A DNA stretch of 64,000 bases from Hypanus sabinus (taxonomy: Eukaryota), in NCBI RefSeq assembly GCF_030144855.1, contig NC_082731.1, positions 24,862,001 through 24,926,000 on the forward strand, in the 5' to 3' direction. Positions 35,061 to 48,499 of this stretch are shown here, in pieces. Below the pieces are notes generated by a model that was not told the DNA's origin, ran no database searches, and worked only from the letters and a program-made list of their open reading frames with translations. Both the position numbers and the translations under genes were made by a program. How positions within the stretch are numbered: position 1 is the first letter of the stretch; each line of letters starts with the position of its first letter.

Positions 35061-38000
35061 GTTCGGTAGTGACTGGTATGTGTTTGGACTGTGTAAGAAA
35101 TGGAGAACCCGATGGAAACTTCCGCGTACATGAAAAGGAGCAATCTTGTTTATGGTAGAGGCCGGAATTTTCCTTTGAACTCCGACGTGAGATGTAATGA
35201 CGTCATGGTACCGCTTCGCTCTAGTCTGTGAGTTCTGCCGAGAAAGGATAAAAGCTAAGCAGTTGCTTGCAGGTGATTCAGCAGCTTCTGTCCTCCTGTG
35301 CTTGGCAATATCTTTGCATTAACGAAACATTGGAATACAATCGACGATTTGACTGGTGGCAAAGGGCTCCAACTTAAAATTTGTGATTAATGGAAAGGAC
35401 CACTGTTCTGTGAATATCAGAGATGCTGACAAATATTCCCTGCTTGGTTTGTGGCTGTACATTTACTGTCTCACTGCTGCCGTCTGGCATAAAAATACAC
35501 TGACATAAAAATACTTTTGTTTGCGATTCCATAAAATCTCGCCTATGATTGGACTGTGCAATGTTTCCTTCCGGATCAACATTTGGACTTACTGAATTTA
35601 TTCACCTGCATATTTAATTGATATTTGGTCACGAATGAAATCAAGGATTATTCGTAATGTATAAAGAAACAATGTTCACAATGATATTCCCCACCTACAT
35701 CACTTTCTATAAAGGATTAGATGTAACTCCATCGGTTTGCCACATCTATTTGCACTATCTAGGGCACAAGTAGATTTCCTGGGGAAGTACTCATCCGGAT
35801 TTTTTTTTTTGTAATTCAATATGCAGGTCATTGTTCACGTCATGGCCCATTTGACTTTGCCAGAATAGATAAACTTCATTGGTGACAGCAATGCAGAGTA
35901 ACAGCACTCAAAACATAGAAGAGACTGCAACCTTACCGCTACCTGTCATTTTAATTTTACTTCAACTCTCATTCTGTGCTGGTATCATGCACTATTACAA
36001 CAGACTCCTATGGAACAGCAACTCGTCTTCCATGTGTTGAAGTTGTTGCTTTACAGAGGCAACGAGTAATTCTCATCTTTAGCAAATTAACGCTTTTTTG
36101 TTGTTTTGATTGTTCCTGCCTTCCCTAATGGAACGACATCTGTAGTGCGAAATGTGCAGCAAATTATTTGCTGTTGATAGTTGTCATGCCAACCGTGCCA
36201 GAGGGTGTTGACCACCGTAAGGCTGTCGTTCGGAAAGGAATACTGCATATAATATTATAAGCAGTTCCAAATATGTGAAGCTAACATGGAGTGCCTTGTT
36301 GTGAAAATTAAATAAAAAATAAAGTTTAATTTCCATCTGTCTCGCAAACAAACTGAAGTGTAAACTTCAGCACGAGGCAAGCACCAACACACTCTGAAGT
36401 CTCATCCTTTCATTCTCCATCGGTTGACCCGATTATGTCAATGTTCATTTAAGACCTTTCCCCCACCTTAATTGCGATTATGGCCAAAGAAATACATTTT
36501 GTTGTTATTTACTTGGAAATTTCAGAATATTCACATGGAATTTAGCATTGCGGCTATCTGGAGATTTCTGGAAATATTGCTTGGTTAGCATTATTGTTTC
36601 ATGATATTGTCTTCCGTGCTCTTCATTTATTGATTTCTGTATTTCATGTGCGTTTGAATGGCTATATCTAAGAAGTACGTTGCTCTTGCTTGTGTATCCT
36701 TTAACACCATATGTCTTCGTTTATTATGGATTATCATATCATTAAGTGAAATACACAACTCTAACGAAATGCACTTTACCACTGCTAACATGCAGTTCAC
36801 ATGCAGTTCACAGTTCACAGTGCAGTAAGGCATACTTAGCCCTCTGCGCTGGGTCATGTGAAGCCATAGAAGCAGGAGTTTGGTGGTCGCAGGAGCAACT
36901 GTTGCATATCATAATACTTGGAACTGCGACCACTACCGTCAGTCAGAAAATATCTGAAGAATATTGATTATGTCTGTTGACACTCTCATTCCCAAGACGC
37001 TGCTCAGAAAAAGACAATGGCAAACTACTTCTTCAGGAAATTTGCCAAGAACAATCATGACCATGAGACCATGATCATCTCAGTCATACAACACTACACA
37101 TAATGCTGATTATTTGTGTAACAATAGATTAGTCAGAGATTAATTTACAGAATTCTAACTCTAGAACTGGATCATGAGTAAGGTATGGTCTCTTTCATGA
37201 GATTGTATTTTCAAACAAAATTGAGATGAGCGATGTTTCTCAATCTAATGCCCCGTGTAGGCAATCAGATGGAGAATAAACATAATGCCAATGTCTTGGA
37301 TGTTTTATCGGTTCTTGTAGCATTCTCTGCATTTATTATTCTGAATTTCATTTGCTTTTCTCGAGTATTTTGATATACTTTGACTTAATCAGCTGGTCAA
37401 GTACTGCAATAATGAACCATTTTGCATCTTGTAGAGGCCTCAAAAGTTGGGACACGGTTTTGATGTTTTCCTCCCGACAACAAGCCTACTCAGATCGACA
37501 TTCGGTCTCCAATTAACATTTTCTGGTGTGGTTATTATTTCTTCATCTCTTTAGTTGAGGCTTCACCCGAGCTTAGATGTGTTAACTTCATTTCAGAATT
37601 GCATATACTCGCACGGACTGCTGAATCGCATTTTCATTGATGAGAGTATACCCTTACAACTTCTATCACACTATTGTGTATATTATTACAAATTTCTATT
37701 GGTTTAAATGCGTCAAATGTACTTAGTGTTTTCGAAGGATTTTATTGGAATTTTTATTTTTCTTTGTAAGTTTCTAAATCAATATTATATCCAATTATTT
37801 TCGCAAAATAATACATTAATGGAGCTATAGAAGAAGTGTGATGTGATTTGCTGCATGTGTAATATGCAGCTCTCGTTGGCAGATTTTCTTAATGTATATT
37901 CTGTCGGATGTTTTCCCTTTATTGCACCATGATCGTTGTCGTTGTCTGCTGATATTCTAGGTAAGATATTTGTCTTTTTCATATTCATTCAGCAGTTCTA

Positions 38001-41000
38001 TTGGATCCTGCTATTCTGACTTACATTCTACTCTCTCTTCTTCACATTTATTTTGATATTCTGCTCTTATCTAATCCAACTTTCATGATTATATCTCTGA
38101 ATTATATCTCATATTTGAATTAATTGTTTTAGCTAAACTGAAGACGCAGCGTAAAAGTTCAAATCATCAATGTTTTGTCGTGTCATTAGTATCACTCGTT
38201 TAGATATTTCTGATTTGATACACTATTTCCGTTCATCTCAGTGTTTAACTGTCCATAAAACCATAGTTAGCTTTGAGATTCGTTGTTAATATTAATGAAG
38301 TGGAGGGTGTTACCTGTGTAGTGTTTTTTTTTAAACGTTTCCAGTTTTCCTAAATATTGTCGTAATATAGTATTGTTGAGAGTATTAATATGTGTTATTT
38401 ACGCAAATATTGATCACATGCTTTCTTTGAACAGGTAGCGTCATTATGTTGGGCATTGTCTATGTAGTATGTCAGTGGGGAGTTAAATGTTACCATAATT
38501 TTGTTTGTAAACTGAAGGTCGCCATCAGCATTCTGTCAAGGCTCTCCGTTGTGTTTTTTTTTTCTTTTTTTTTGCAATTATCAACAGGCTGTGGAGCAAT
38601 TGCAGATATAATTATCTTCCGTCAACTCTTCGGATGGTGCCACCTCATTACTTGTTTGAATACCATTATTGAAGTCATTAGTTTGACTTCATTCTAGTTC
38701 TTGCGATAATTCATGATGTTTTGTATAAACATTTCTTTAGAAAATAGATTTATTTTACAAAGAATCTATCATTCATTCAGCATTTAATGACATGAAGGAT
38801 TATTTTACCAATAAGCAGTTGATGAGCTTGCCAATTAATGCTGTTATGTCTGTCTCAAGTTCAGTTACTCGATAATATAGGTTCGCAATGAAAGTCCTTA
38901 CTTCTAAATACAATATTATCCACGTTTTTGCTGCTATTGAACGCTTCAGTTTTCACGTTTGCATGTGGACTTCTCGCACGAGAAACAACAGCAACTGTCG
39001 CAACTACTTTGAATGTTCACTGCATCTTTTTAGGATTTTCTTCTGTCTGCCCGTCCAGTCTGTACAGCAACAAAAGCGATTGGCTGATTAGCAATCCCAG
39101 TGCTAACAACAGTCTACTGAAAATTAAATCATCCACTATTTTTAATACTCTTTCAACATCCGCTTTGTGCAAAAGTTTTCGATATCTTGCCTCCGTTCAG
39201 CAATACCCTAACGTTTACAGATAACACATTTAACTTCATTTCAAATTTCTCTATGAGTTATTTAAACTTGTACTCTTTCAGTTTTTTTTTCACAATTGGC
39301 GTCCAGCTCAGTAATCATTTCCTTCTGTTTCAGAACCCCTTCCCCCCTTCCTGTCTGCGTTTTTTGAAGCCCGCATAAATCATACACCCAATAAGTTTGG
39401 GCAGTTGTCTATCTCCATTAATAGAGTTTCCTTCGATTCGTTGGTAGCTCGCGTCTTGAGAGACCACAAATTATTCCTCGTAGTAGGGTAGTTGACATGA
39501 GAATCGGAGTGTGTTCGGAAACAATTCTGGGTGATGGAATTGGCTGCACTGGTAAAAAGTGATGCGTTAGATAAACATTTTTTAATGCTTGCAATTAGAC
39601 CTTACAAATGTGAAGTAAATGACCGAAATGTGAGTGTTTTGAAAGCGTAATGTCCATAGTGATGGCGGCAATGCTTTCAGTGTTCTGCCATTTTGGCTCT
39701 GTAAACTCTTTCTCTCCAATACGACGTTGTAAAATGCACCTGAATCACGTAATATTCTCTTGCATCTGATCTATATCTTTCAGTAGGTATGTTGCCTAAT
39801 ATTTTCAAAGAATACTTATTAATTACAATGAGAAAAGCATACCCTATATACGAACCTACATGGCCCAGAGTGTCCTGTTGAGTGGCTGCTGCTGGGGAAA
39901 AAATTATCTTGTAATTAAATATATTACTGTCCCTTGTGAAAAGTGTAGGAGAAAATAGCTCGAGCAACTTGTTTCCATAGAATTTGACTATAATGACCTA
40001 CTGAAACATAATGACCATTCTTCCACTGAGAACAAAACAAGGAAACATGATTTAAACACGTTTTGGTTGGTATTTGGAAACAGGGTGTTTGGTCACACTC
40101 TGGGACAGTTGGAGTAAAGGTAGCTGTAAACTGCAGTGAAGGATATTTAATCGGACGGTCCTAATTGCAATCACTTTCATGTTTTCAGATATGTCGATAT
40201 TAATGCGAGAATTTTCAGGAACAAGAGTGATCAATAGGGATAATGGTCCAGTTTACCGTGTTATAAAGCAGTGGCCATGATAATATCTCTTTCACAGAAG
40301 CAGAAATATTTACTGTTTTTGTATGCCTCGAAAGAAAAAAGAAAGAGAGGAAAATAAAAGAGGTGCGAAACTCGCACTGCTGAACAGAGATCCTATCATC
40401 GCTGAAGAAATGGAAGACATCCTCGAGGGATCATCTGCCGAATAGGAATGGTCGAAGTAAGCATCAGTCAGAAAACCATCACACTTTTACAATGAAGTAA
40501 CCAATATTTTAGGAAAATACCATAGTGAAAATGCAATGTCCTTGTTAAGATTACTATTGCTACATCTGCAGAATATCTTGATAGTGTGTCCTAATGGTAA
40601 CATTCGTTTGAGTTCGGCTGACGTTATCGGGATATTGTGTTCAACAGCAAAATCTTGCGGCAGGTAATCAGAATGGTGGAATTCGGAGAAAGTTCTAAAC
40701 AGAGTCAGAATGCGATTTCTGGCGGACATTAGTGCGGTTCCGGGTCTTTTTTAGCGGGTGATGCAGAGATGAGAAAGTCGGAAGACACCCGGTAGGATTC
40801 GATTATATGAGGATATAATGAAAAGGAGTACTTTGCGATAAGAAGGACGACAAAATAGGAAGTTCTACCTGTGATTGGTGTTGAGAATTTAGCGATGTGA
40901 CTAACGGTCATACCTAACTTTTGGAAGTTACGCGCTCCAACTTTAGTTGAGTTCAGAATGGTTTAACAGAAAGGCAGTCTTGATATTTATTCATTAGCAT

Positions 41001-42639
41001 TATCTTAAGAACTGTATGATAAGGCTGAAATTAGTAAATATACTTTTGTTATTATTTTATGCAGTGTACGGTTCATTATATATTGCCGACCGATGCGGCT
41101 GTATGGATTCTATTAACTCAGCATTCGCTCAAATTTTTGCTCGTCTATGATTGAATGCCAAATCATACCGCCCTTTCGTACATTGCTCAAGAAAAATGAG
41201 CCTGGTTTCCGCTGATGCACGTGGTTGTTATCCGAGTGCGCCTTCGAACGAAGTTTACATTCGAACCCAGTGACAGGGTTATATTTGAGGGCGGTCGGTA
41301 CGAGTTTCGCTGAATTGCTGTTAGGAACTGAGTACACTGTTTCTGTGTTTAAGCATTCGCATAACCTGGTTTCGGGTTGACTGATTAAGGTACTTTATTA
41401 TGGACGCCGCATGGGTTAAGGCTTGGTGCACTGAAAGAGATTACACATTAAATAACGTTTCTGTTGTGTGTGAGTTGGATCAGAAGACTTAAATTAAGTA
41501 TGTGTAAGACATGTGGGAAAAGCTTCATCATTTTTATGGGCTAGCAGCTTTTTGTGCCCTTCAAGCAAAATCAAGGATACAAGAGGAAATCTTCTCGACT
41601 GATGACTGGAGATAGAGTTTTAAGAAGAGTTTTGTGGCGACTGTGCTGAGCGCTGAATAAATATGCCTTAGAGACTAAAGAAAAAGATGCCAAATGTGCC
41701 AGTTTCCAGGATGAAGACAGAAGATGGGAATAGCCCTTGGGGGAAAATCGCAATTGGAAACACCTTTTTGAATCTAGCACAGGAGATAAATGTTGACCCA
41801 AAGCCTGACACACCTGGTCGGAAATCGCTACACAGAAGGAAGAGAACAAAATCAGCATAAAAAACCTGAAAGGACACTCTATTGAATACCATACGGATTT
41901 AGCGGATGAGGGAATGCCGGCGTAGTTTGCAGTGGCTTATATAAACTACATAATATTGGTGAGGAGATTCCAGAATCTTCCAGTAAGCTTTCAAATATAA
42001 CGTGGGAAACTACAAGTCGACAGACAGACGAGACTTGACACAGCGACGGGTTACAGGGGTCATTAGAATTGGGGATGAGGATGAGGCTGATCTCAGTCAG
42101 TTGGTAGAAGGACCTGAAATTGTATAAGGCACAGCCGATGGACAAAGGAGCTGTCCTGAAGTACAGGTGAACAGTCGAAAGGCGTGCTTGAGGGAGATGA
42201 AGATGTATATGAGGTAAGAAGGTTACAGAGTGTCAGGAAACTCCCAGATAGGCTCTCATATAACGCGAAGGGAAATAGGCATGAAAGGTCATTGAAGGGT
42301 GCGTCCTATTCGTTTTCAATAGTGGCAGGCATGTTGACGAAAATAACGGAGGTAATAGGATAATATCACCCTAATGGAAGTAGGTTTGTAGAACTTGTGA
42401 AAAAAGAACATAACGATAGACATGTCTGCGGAGCCACAGAGCGGCAACGTAGGCTGTTGTCAGAAATAAGGGAACATATTATTGTGCCTTTGGCGAGGAT
42501 CTCTGCCTGTTCACTGGACAGAGGATCAAAGTGTAACACGTTATTTCCTTGTTCAGGAAAGTTAATAGGGGAATAATCCTGGCAATTACAGACGAGCAGA
42601 TCCTATGTCCGTTCTGTGCAAATATTCCGAAGAATTCAT

Positions 42640-43190
42640 GGAAAAGGTAATTCTATGTAGTTGTGACTTGAAAGGAACCTGGCTTTGTCAAGATAAGATC
42701 TTGCCTCACGTGTCTGATTCAATTATTTGAGGATATGCCCAAACATATTCACGATGCCAGAACAAAGAATATACTCTGTGTAGACTATGATAACGCTTTA
42801 CAGTAAGATTGCCTTTGGAAGCTTATTAGGAAATTCCAAAGGCCTCGAATCCTTGGAAAGCTGGCTGACTTGGACCAACCATAGAGGTGATAGTAAATGG
42901 ATCGTATTTTGTCTGCACGACGGTTATGAGCGCTACTCCGAGGGGATTTGTTCAGGAAGTACTGCCGTTTGAGACGTTTCTAACGAATGACTTGGATGAA
43001 GAATTCATTTGGGGGTCTAGGGCGTTTGCCGATGACAAGTAGGTGACTGGTGTTTTGGATAGTACATCAGTTTGTCGTACGTTACAAAGGAACACTGGCA
43101 GGATACAGAACACAGCAGAAAAGTGGCAAATACAGTCGTGTGCATAAAAAAAGTGATGAGTCACTATGGATTGTTGTACTTGGAGCAGAT
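42640..43190 (+). mobile_element. Degenerate CR1 RT fragment
   Basis: GGCTTTGTCAAGATAAGATCTTGCCTCACG (from QHGF..GKSCLTNL) and TTTGCCGATGACAAG (FADD). Confidence 0.65.
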
Positions 43191-44769
43191 ACAGGCTATG
43201 TCGTTTAGGTCGCTTTATGTCGTTCCTTAACAGTGCTTGTAGTAAAACTCGTTTTCTCGAGATTATTGTTTCTATTAGGTTTTTATAGCCGGATAATTTG
43301 TTCCTTTAGGCTGTTAATTGGGAGAAACTCCCACTACCTATTAAAAGCTTCCAGCGGCTTTTGCTTTAAATAGCCTTTGATAAACAAGTCCGCCTCATGG
43401 CCTTCACGCTTGGCTTAGATGCTAAGCTCGGTGATGCCGATTGTACTGACAGGATAACGGGTAAAGACGGTCACTGGACCTGAAATCCAGTTGCTTCGGG
43501 CAGATGTGGGCCGGTGTCCGTGGTTGGCAGGATATATGGGAACAGGGAAACTTTGATCTCAAGCCTTCGCTGTCTTGTGACAATACCGATTCATGGGGAA
43601 GGATTCAGAATTAAACTCCGGGGAAACAACTTTAGAACTGGAGTCAGGAAGGCAGTCATGCATTGAGTTCGCTGCGAACTGATAGTTCCTGCGCCTCTCC
43701 TGGTATCGAACTGTATAGGCCTCATCCGTTCCTTTGGGTTCATCAGGTGCATAGAGAAATGAAGCTTGCTACATTCTATAACTAGCTCGACATATCGCAC
43801 TGCCCGGTCTTGCGTATCTAGACAGCGATGTCAATCTATCCATGTCAACGCTAGGCGTTGGAGGCCCTCACTTCACGGATAATTAAAGTTAAGTAGAAAA
43901 TGGGAAGCGATAGCAATAACATCTAAGTTCCAAGGGCACGTAGATGCTAATGATATCTGAATAATTATTTCGACATGTAACGCACATTAATAGAGTTTCT
44001 TATTTCCTTTTGTTATTGGCAGAGTTGTTGATAGTCTGGAAAGTTGTTTACGTCCAAACGGGCAGTAAATGTAAAATGAAGTTTAGTCCAGACAAATGTG
44101 CAGCAATGGGATTTCTGATGAGTATTGACGCCAGGGCACAAACACCGTATGGAAAAAAAAATTGAAGCAACACTCAGTTATTCGACAGACAGTCATTCCG
44201 CAAATGGGATAACTGTATTTGTCTGAACAAACGTCAATACAGTACGACAGTATTAAACTCGCCGGATCAGAACATTTTTTTGACTAGTCTGAAGGATGGC
44301 AAACAGCGGTAAAAACATAAATTTAATTCAGCGTCAGAAAAGGAATCACGTAAACCCTCGCCGTTTCTGGTTCAGGATTTTGTCGGGATCCACCTCGAGG
44401 AGACTTGGGGCACAACACTATGTTTGTAAAACCCCAGATCTACTTGATGTAGAATGCTGAGGAAAAATGGGCAAATAAATGTTTTATCGTCATATCTAAC
44501 CCTTGCGTTTCTGACAAGGGTCCCTAAGGAATTCTGAGGACTTCTGAGAGGATCGTTTGTGTCTCTGTTCTACCACTCGGACTGATCTATAATGAGTTTT
44601 GCGTAGCCCGGGCATTTGGCATTGTCAATAATCCCTCACATCCATACAGAAATCTCAGTGACCCCTACCATCAAGGAAGATGTACAGTAGCATTAGGACA
44701 AAAAAAATGTCAGAATGGGTAGCAACATCTTGCCCCAGGTCAGTAAAAGTCTAAATCGGCAGATACCAC

Positions 44770-46060
44770 TCAGGTCCCATCCCTAATGAAGGGCCAGTAG
44801 CGTTATTATCTTTACCTAATATCGTAAACAATTCCTATCATAACTCGTTATGAAAGGCAATATTACTGGCCTTTGTAGTATGTGTTACCCACCTGATTCA
44901 AACAGTTCTCAGTTACAACAAGACCGTGGTGACCAGCCTCGCCGACTAACGCCCAGCAGAATCTGCAATCACAATGAAGAAGTGCTTTAAAAGGTTGTTA
45001 ATCAAGCATATAATTTCGTGCCTGAGAAGCGAATTGCATTGGCTCCAGTTTGCCTTCAGCGGTAAACGGTCCACAGTAGATGTCATCTCGCTGAATTTTC
45101 ACTCAACAGTGAAACATCTTAACTTCAAAGATGCATCCATCAGTATTATCTTTATCGAAAACTGCCCTCCATTCAGGATCATCAACAACTCAAACCTGAT
45201 CCATAATTGACCCCAAACTCCACTTGTGCAACTGGATCCTGGATCACCTTAACAACAGATCCCAATCAGTTCGGAATGACAACAAATCCAGAAAGCCCAA
45301 CAGCGTAGTTGCCCCAATCTCCTGTTGTGCCAGATCTCCTGATCGATTCAGTTTATATTTACCACTGTGTGGTTATGCAGAACACAATACAATTTACCAG
45401 ATTGCTAATGGTACCTCCATCGTGTGTGTAATTGAAGCTGCTGACGACTCAGCATATATGAAGGGGAGCAAAAGCCTGGCAGAGTGGTGTGATAACAGTA
45501 ACTATTATGAAATTCCAGCAAGACCAAGGAACTGATTGTGGTGTTCAGCAGACGGAGGCCAGAGCTTATTTAGCAAGTCCCTATGGAAAAATCAGATTTA
45601 GAGAGGGTAAGCTACGTAACAATTCCAAGTTCTTAATATTTCAGAGGATCTTTCTTCGGCCAAGCACATATGGACAATTACGAGGAAAGCAGGTGGCGCC
45701 TCCACTCAGAAATTCTGGTAAAATCATTATGGTACCTTAATGTTTTACATGCGTCCATGGATGTGTCGTGGAAAAGACTGGGACTGGCAGTATCTCCGTC
45801 TGGTATGGAGACGTCAATGTCCTTCAACAGAAAATCCTACAAACAGTGGAGGATATGTTTCAGTCCATCATGGGTAAAACTCATCTTACCACTGAGCATA
45901 ATTACATGAAACGCTCGCGCAGAAAACCAAATTCGGTCATCCTGACATTTTTTTTTCTCCCTGCCGGCATCGCGAATAAGATATAGGAATCCCAGGACTC
46001 ACATTACCAGATTAGTACCCTTCAGCCATCAAGTTTTTGAAGCAATGGTAAAACTTCACT
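44770..46060 (+). mobile_element. Rex1/Babar-type LINE RT remnant
   Basis: ORF 44974-45210 MKKCFKRLLIKHI...LQFAFSGKRSTVDVISL..H. ORF 45224-45535 CNWILDHLNNRSQSVR...HNTIYQIANGTSIV. Confidence 0.8.
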
Positions 46061-47003
46061 TGCCAAATTGTTGAAATGTTTACACAGTCAAGGTTCTCAC
46101 CTTAAAAGAATCTTCAGATCATATTCTCGACACATTACCTATTTATTAAATAATCTTATATCCTCTTTTTAAATTTTCGGTTTATTTTTGTATGCACTCT
46201 GGCTGAAAGCTCAAGTCCGGCGGTTTTTCATTGACTATGTTAATGTTATGTTTTCATAGATATAATGACCATGCTCGCAAGAAGCTGCGTCTCAGGGCCG
46301 AGAATGTTAAGATTTATCTAGTATAATAGTGAAATATTCTATATACTTCTAACATTGAACTTTATCGATTACGTATGTGAGTTTTATATACCGTGTTCTA
46401 CACTTTTTTTTTCAGAGGAATGTTGTGTCTGTTGGTGGTATTCATGTGAAAGATTGAAAGGCAATAAATAACAATCCGAACTTGCACTCGCTTTGTGTGA
46501 CAAGGGGATAGTGGTATAGAAATTAATTGCACCAATTATTTGCAAATACAGAACTGAACGTTGAAACTCGTGTTCCCTCAATGATCAGAAACTGAACGTT
46601 CTGCCTCGCATACACCGGAAGTTTCTGACTTTATTTCTGATTTATATATTCATAATGATATCTGCACCCAATCAAAGACATATGTCTTGCATAGGCATGA
46701 AGTACTTTGATGTATTATGTGCAGATACGTCGACCATCAGGTGCAGTAAGAGAAGGTTAGATTTTATTCCAAGGACAGTACTCAAGGGAATGTTCAGAAT
46801 GGAACATCTGTCGGTGTTTGCCGCAAAGATGGAGCAAGCTGTCTGCAGAATTCATAGTTGCAAGTTCTATTGCAGCATAAATGGAAGCTTTAAATTAGTC
46901 AGTGAATGGGAGATCTGTGAATGGGAATCGAACAGATACAAATCGGTGGGGCAAATACAAATAACAGTTCGGCATGGATGACTCGACCGACATAACTCGT
47001 TCT

Positions 47004-47041
47004 TGTGTGTGTGCGTGTGTGTGCGCGCGCGCGCGCACGCG
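47004..47041. repeat. Alternating purine-pyrimidine (TG)n(CG)n tract
   Basis: TGTGTGTGTGCGTGTGTGTGCGCGCGCGCGCGCACGCG, 38 bp of uninterrupted alternation. Confidence 0.9.
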
Positions 47042-48499
47042 ACCTTCGTCCATCATGGGCAATCGTGCGTATTACGCCTCTGGTAGTCACTGGGAGCGGC
47101 ACTGACAGTGTAAACAGCTACACCGAGCATAAGAACGATTTCACACGTGAAGCCCAACATTTGGACTTGGTTGTCAAAGGCTGTTTGAGAAGCACGCCAT
47201 GTAAAGCTTTTGTTTAGCAGTCGGAGCTCGTCCCCACTACTACTCTTCGGCTATGGCTACCATTGCTTCTGCAGTAGTCTATGATTAAATTCTTAAATAT
47301 TTGTTTATCTGTATATTGCTTAGCCTAGCGTATTCGCACCAGATAACCTGCTGGATGCTGCTACTGTTTTCAGAAGAGTCAGTGCAGAATTGGGAGTGAC
47401 TGGATTAGCAGTGTGCGGCCATGTGTCACAGCACCATTCACTTGCGAAAGCATGCTTTATGCTGATTATCATTAGTACCAACTGCACCATGCGAATTGAG
47501 GCGAGGTTAATATATGATGTGACCAAACCGATTATCATCAGACCCGAAGTACCATGACTGATTGTTCAGCAAGGTGTAGTGATATTGATGGAAAGTCTCA
47601 TTGTGCTGTAAATGGAAAAGGGAAATTAGTTATAGATGGTTTTTAAGAAAGATCATGGCAGTAATTACTGACAAAAACACAGCGTAATACGTGACGGAGT
47701 CTGGTGCAATGGATTTCATGTGAGAACAGCACTAGCAAAGCACTAGAATGTCCTCAGTGTTAGGAAAACCGATTGCCTTAGTTGGTTATAGGACTTCAAT
47801 ACTGTATGTAGTGTTGGAACTGTAGCTATTTTTATGTTTGATTTACTTAGAGATGCAGTACGCAACATGTACTTCGCCCTTAAGGGCCTTGCCTCCCATC
47901 AACCGTTGACAATCACTTTTTTATCCCTAATCTGAGCACGGAACATTTTATAATGTAACTGCCCAATACCTAGTTCGCCTGCGGAAGCAGGATCACAGAG
48001 CTAAATCCGACGCATTCCATTAGGTTTGCACTGGATTACAGGAGGGGTATAGGATTAAGGCGCGTACAAATTGGCATTCAAGATGGGATTTTAGTGCAGC
48101 TTGTCGTTGAGCATCCTTAGGGGATCAGAAATTCTGGATTTATTTGGGCAAAGATCGAGAATTGATTAGCTAGCTGAAGATAAAAGAACCCTTAGGGATA
48201 TGTAATCATAACATGTTCGAATTCACCCTCAAAATTGATAACGAAAAGCTGAAATCTGATATGTCAGGACGTACTACAGTGGAATAAAATTAATTACAGG
48301 GTCATGAGAGACTGGAGTTGCCGAGATCTGATTGGAAAAGAAACGAGTTCAATCAGCAGCAGGACGGCAATGGCTAACAGTTCTGGATATAAGTCGGAAA
48401 GTGGAAGAAGTATTGGAAAGGAAAAATGACACAACGGTGAATAACAAGAGAAGTCAAAGCCAACGAGGAAGGCAACGTAAGGACATATTACCGAAGGAA

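Noticed and set aside
36816-36822. Isolated CACAGTG
   Set aside because: No nonamer at 12 or 23 bp.
37000-39500. Possible minus-strand L1-like ORF2 remnant
   Set aside because: Only vague motif traces. Could not be supported by eye.
40487-40729. Minus-strand ORF with IKIFCRC...LWYF, V-like
   Set aside because: No YxC, acceptor or RSS found, so it is indistinguishable from chance.
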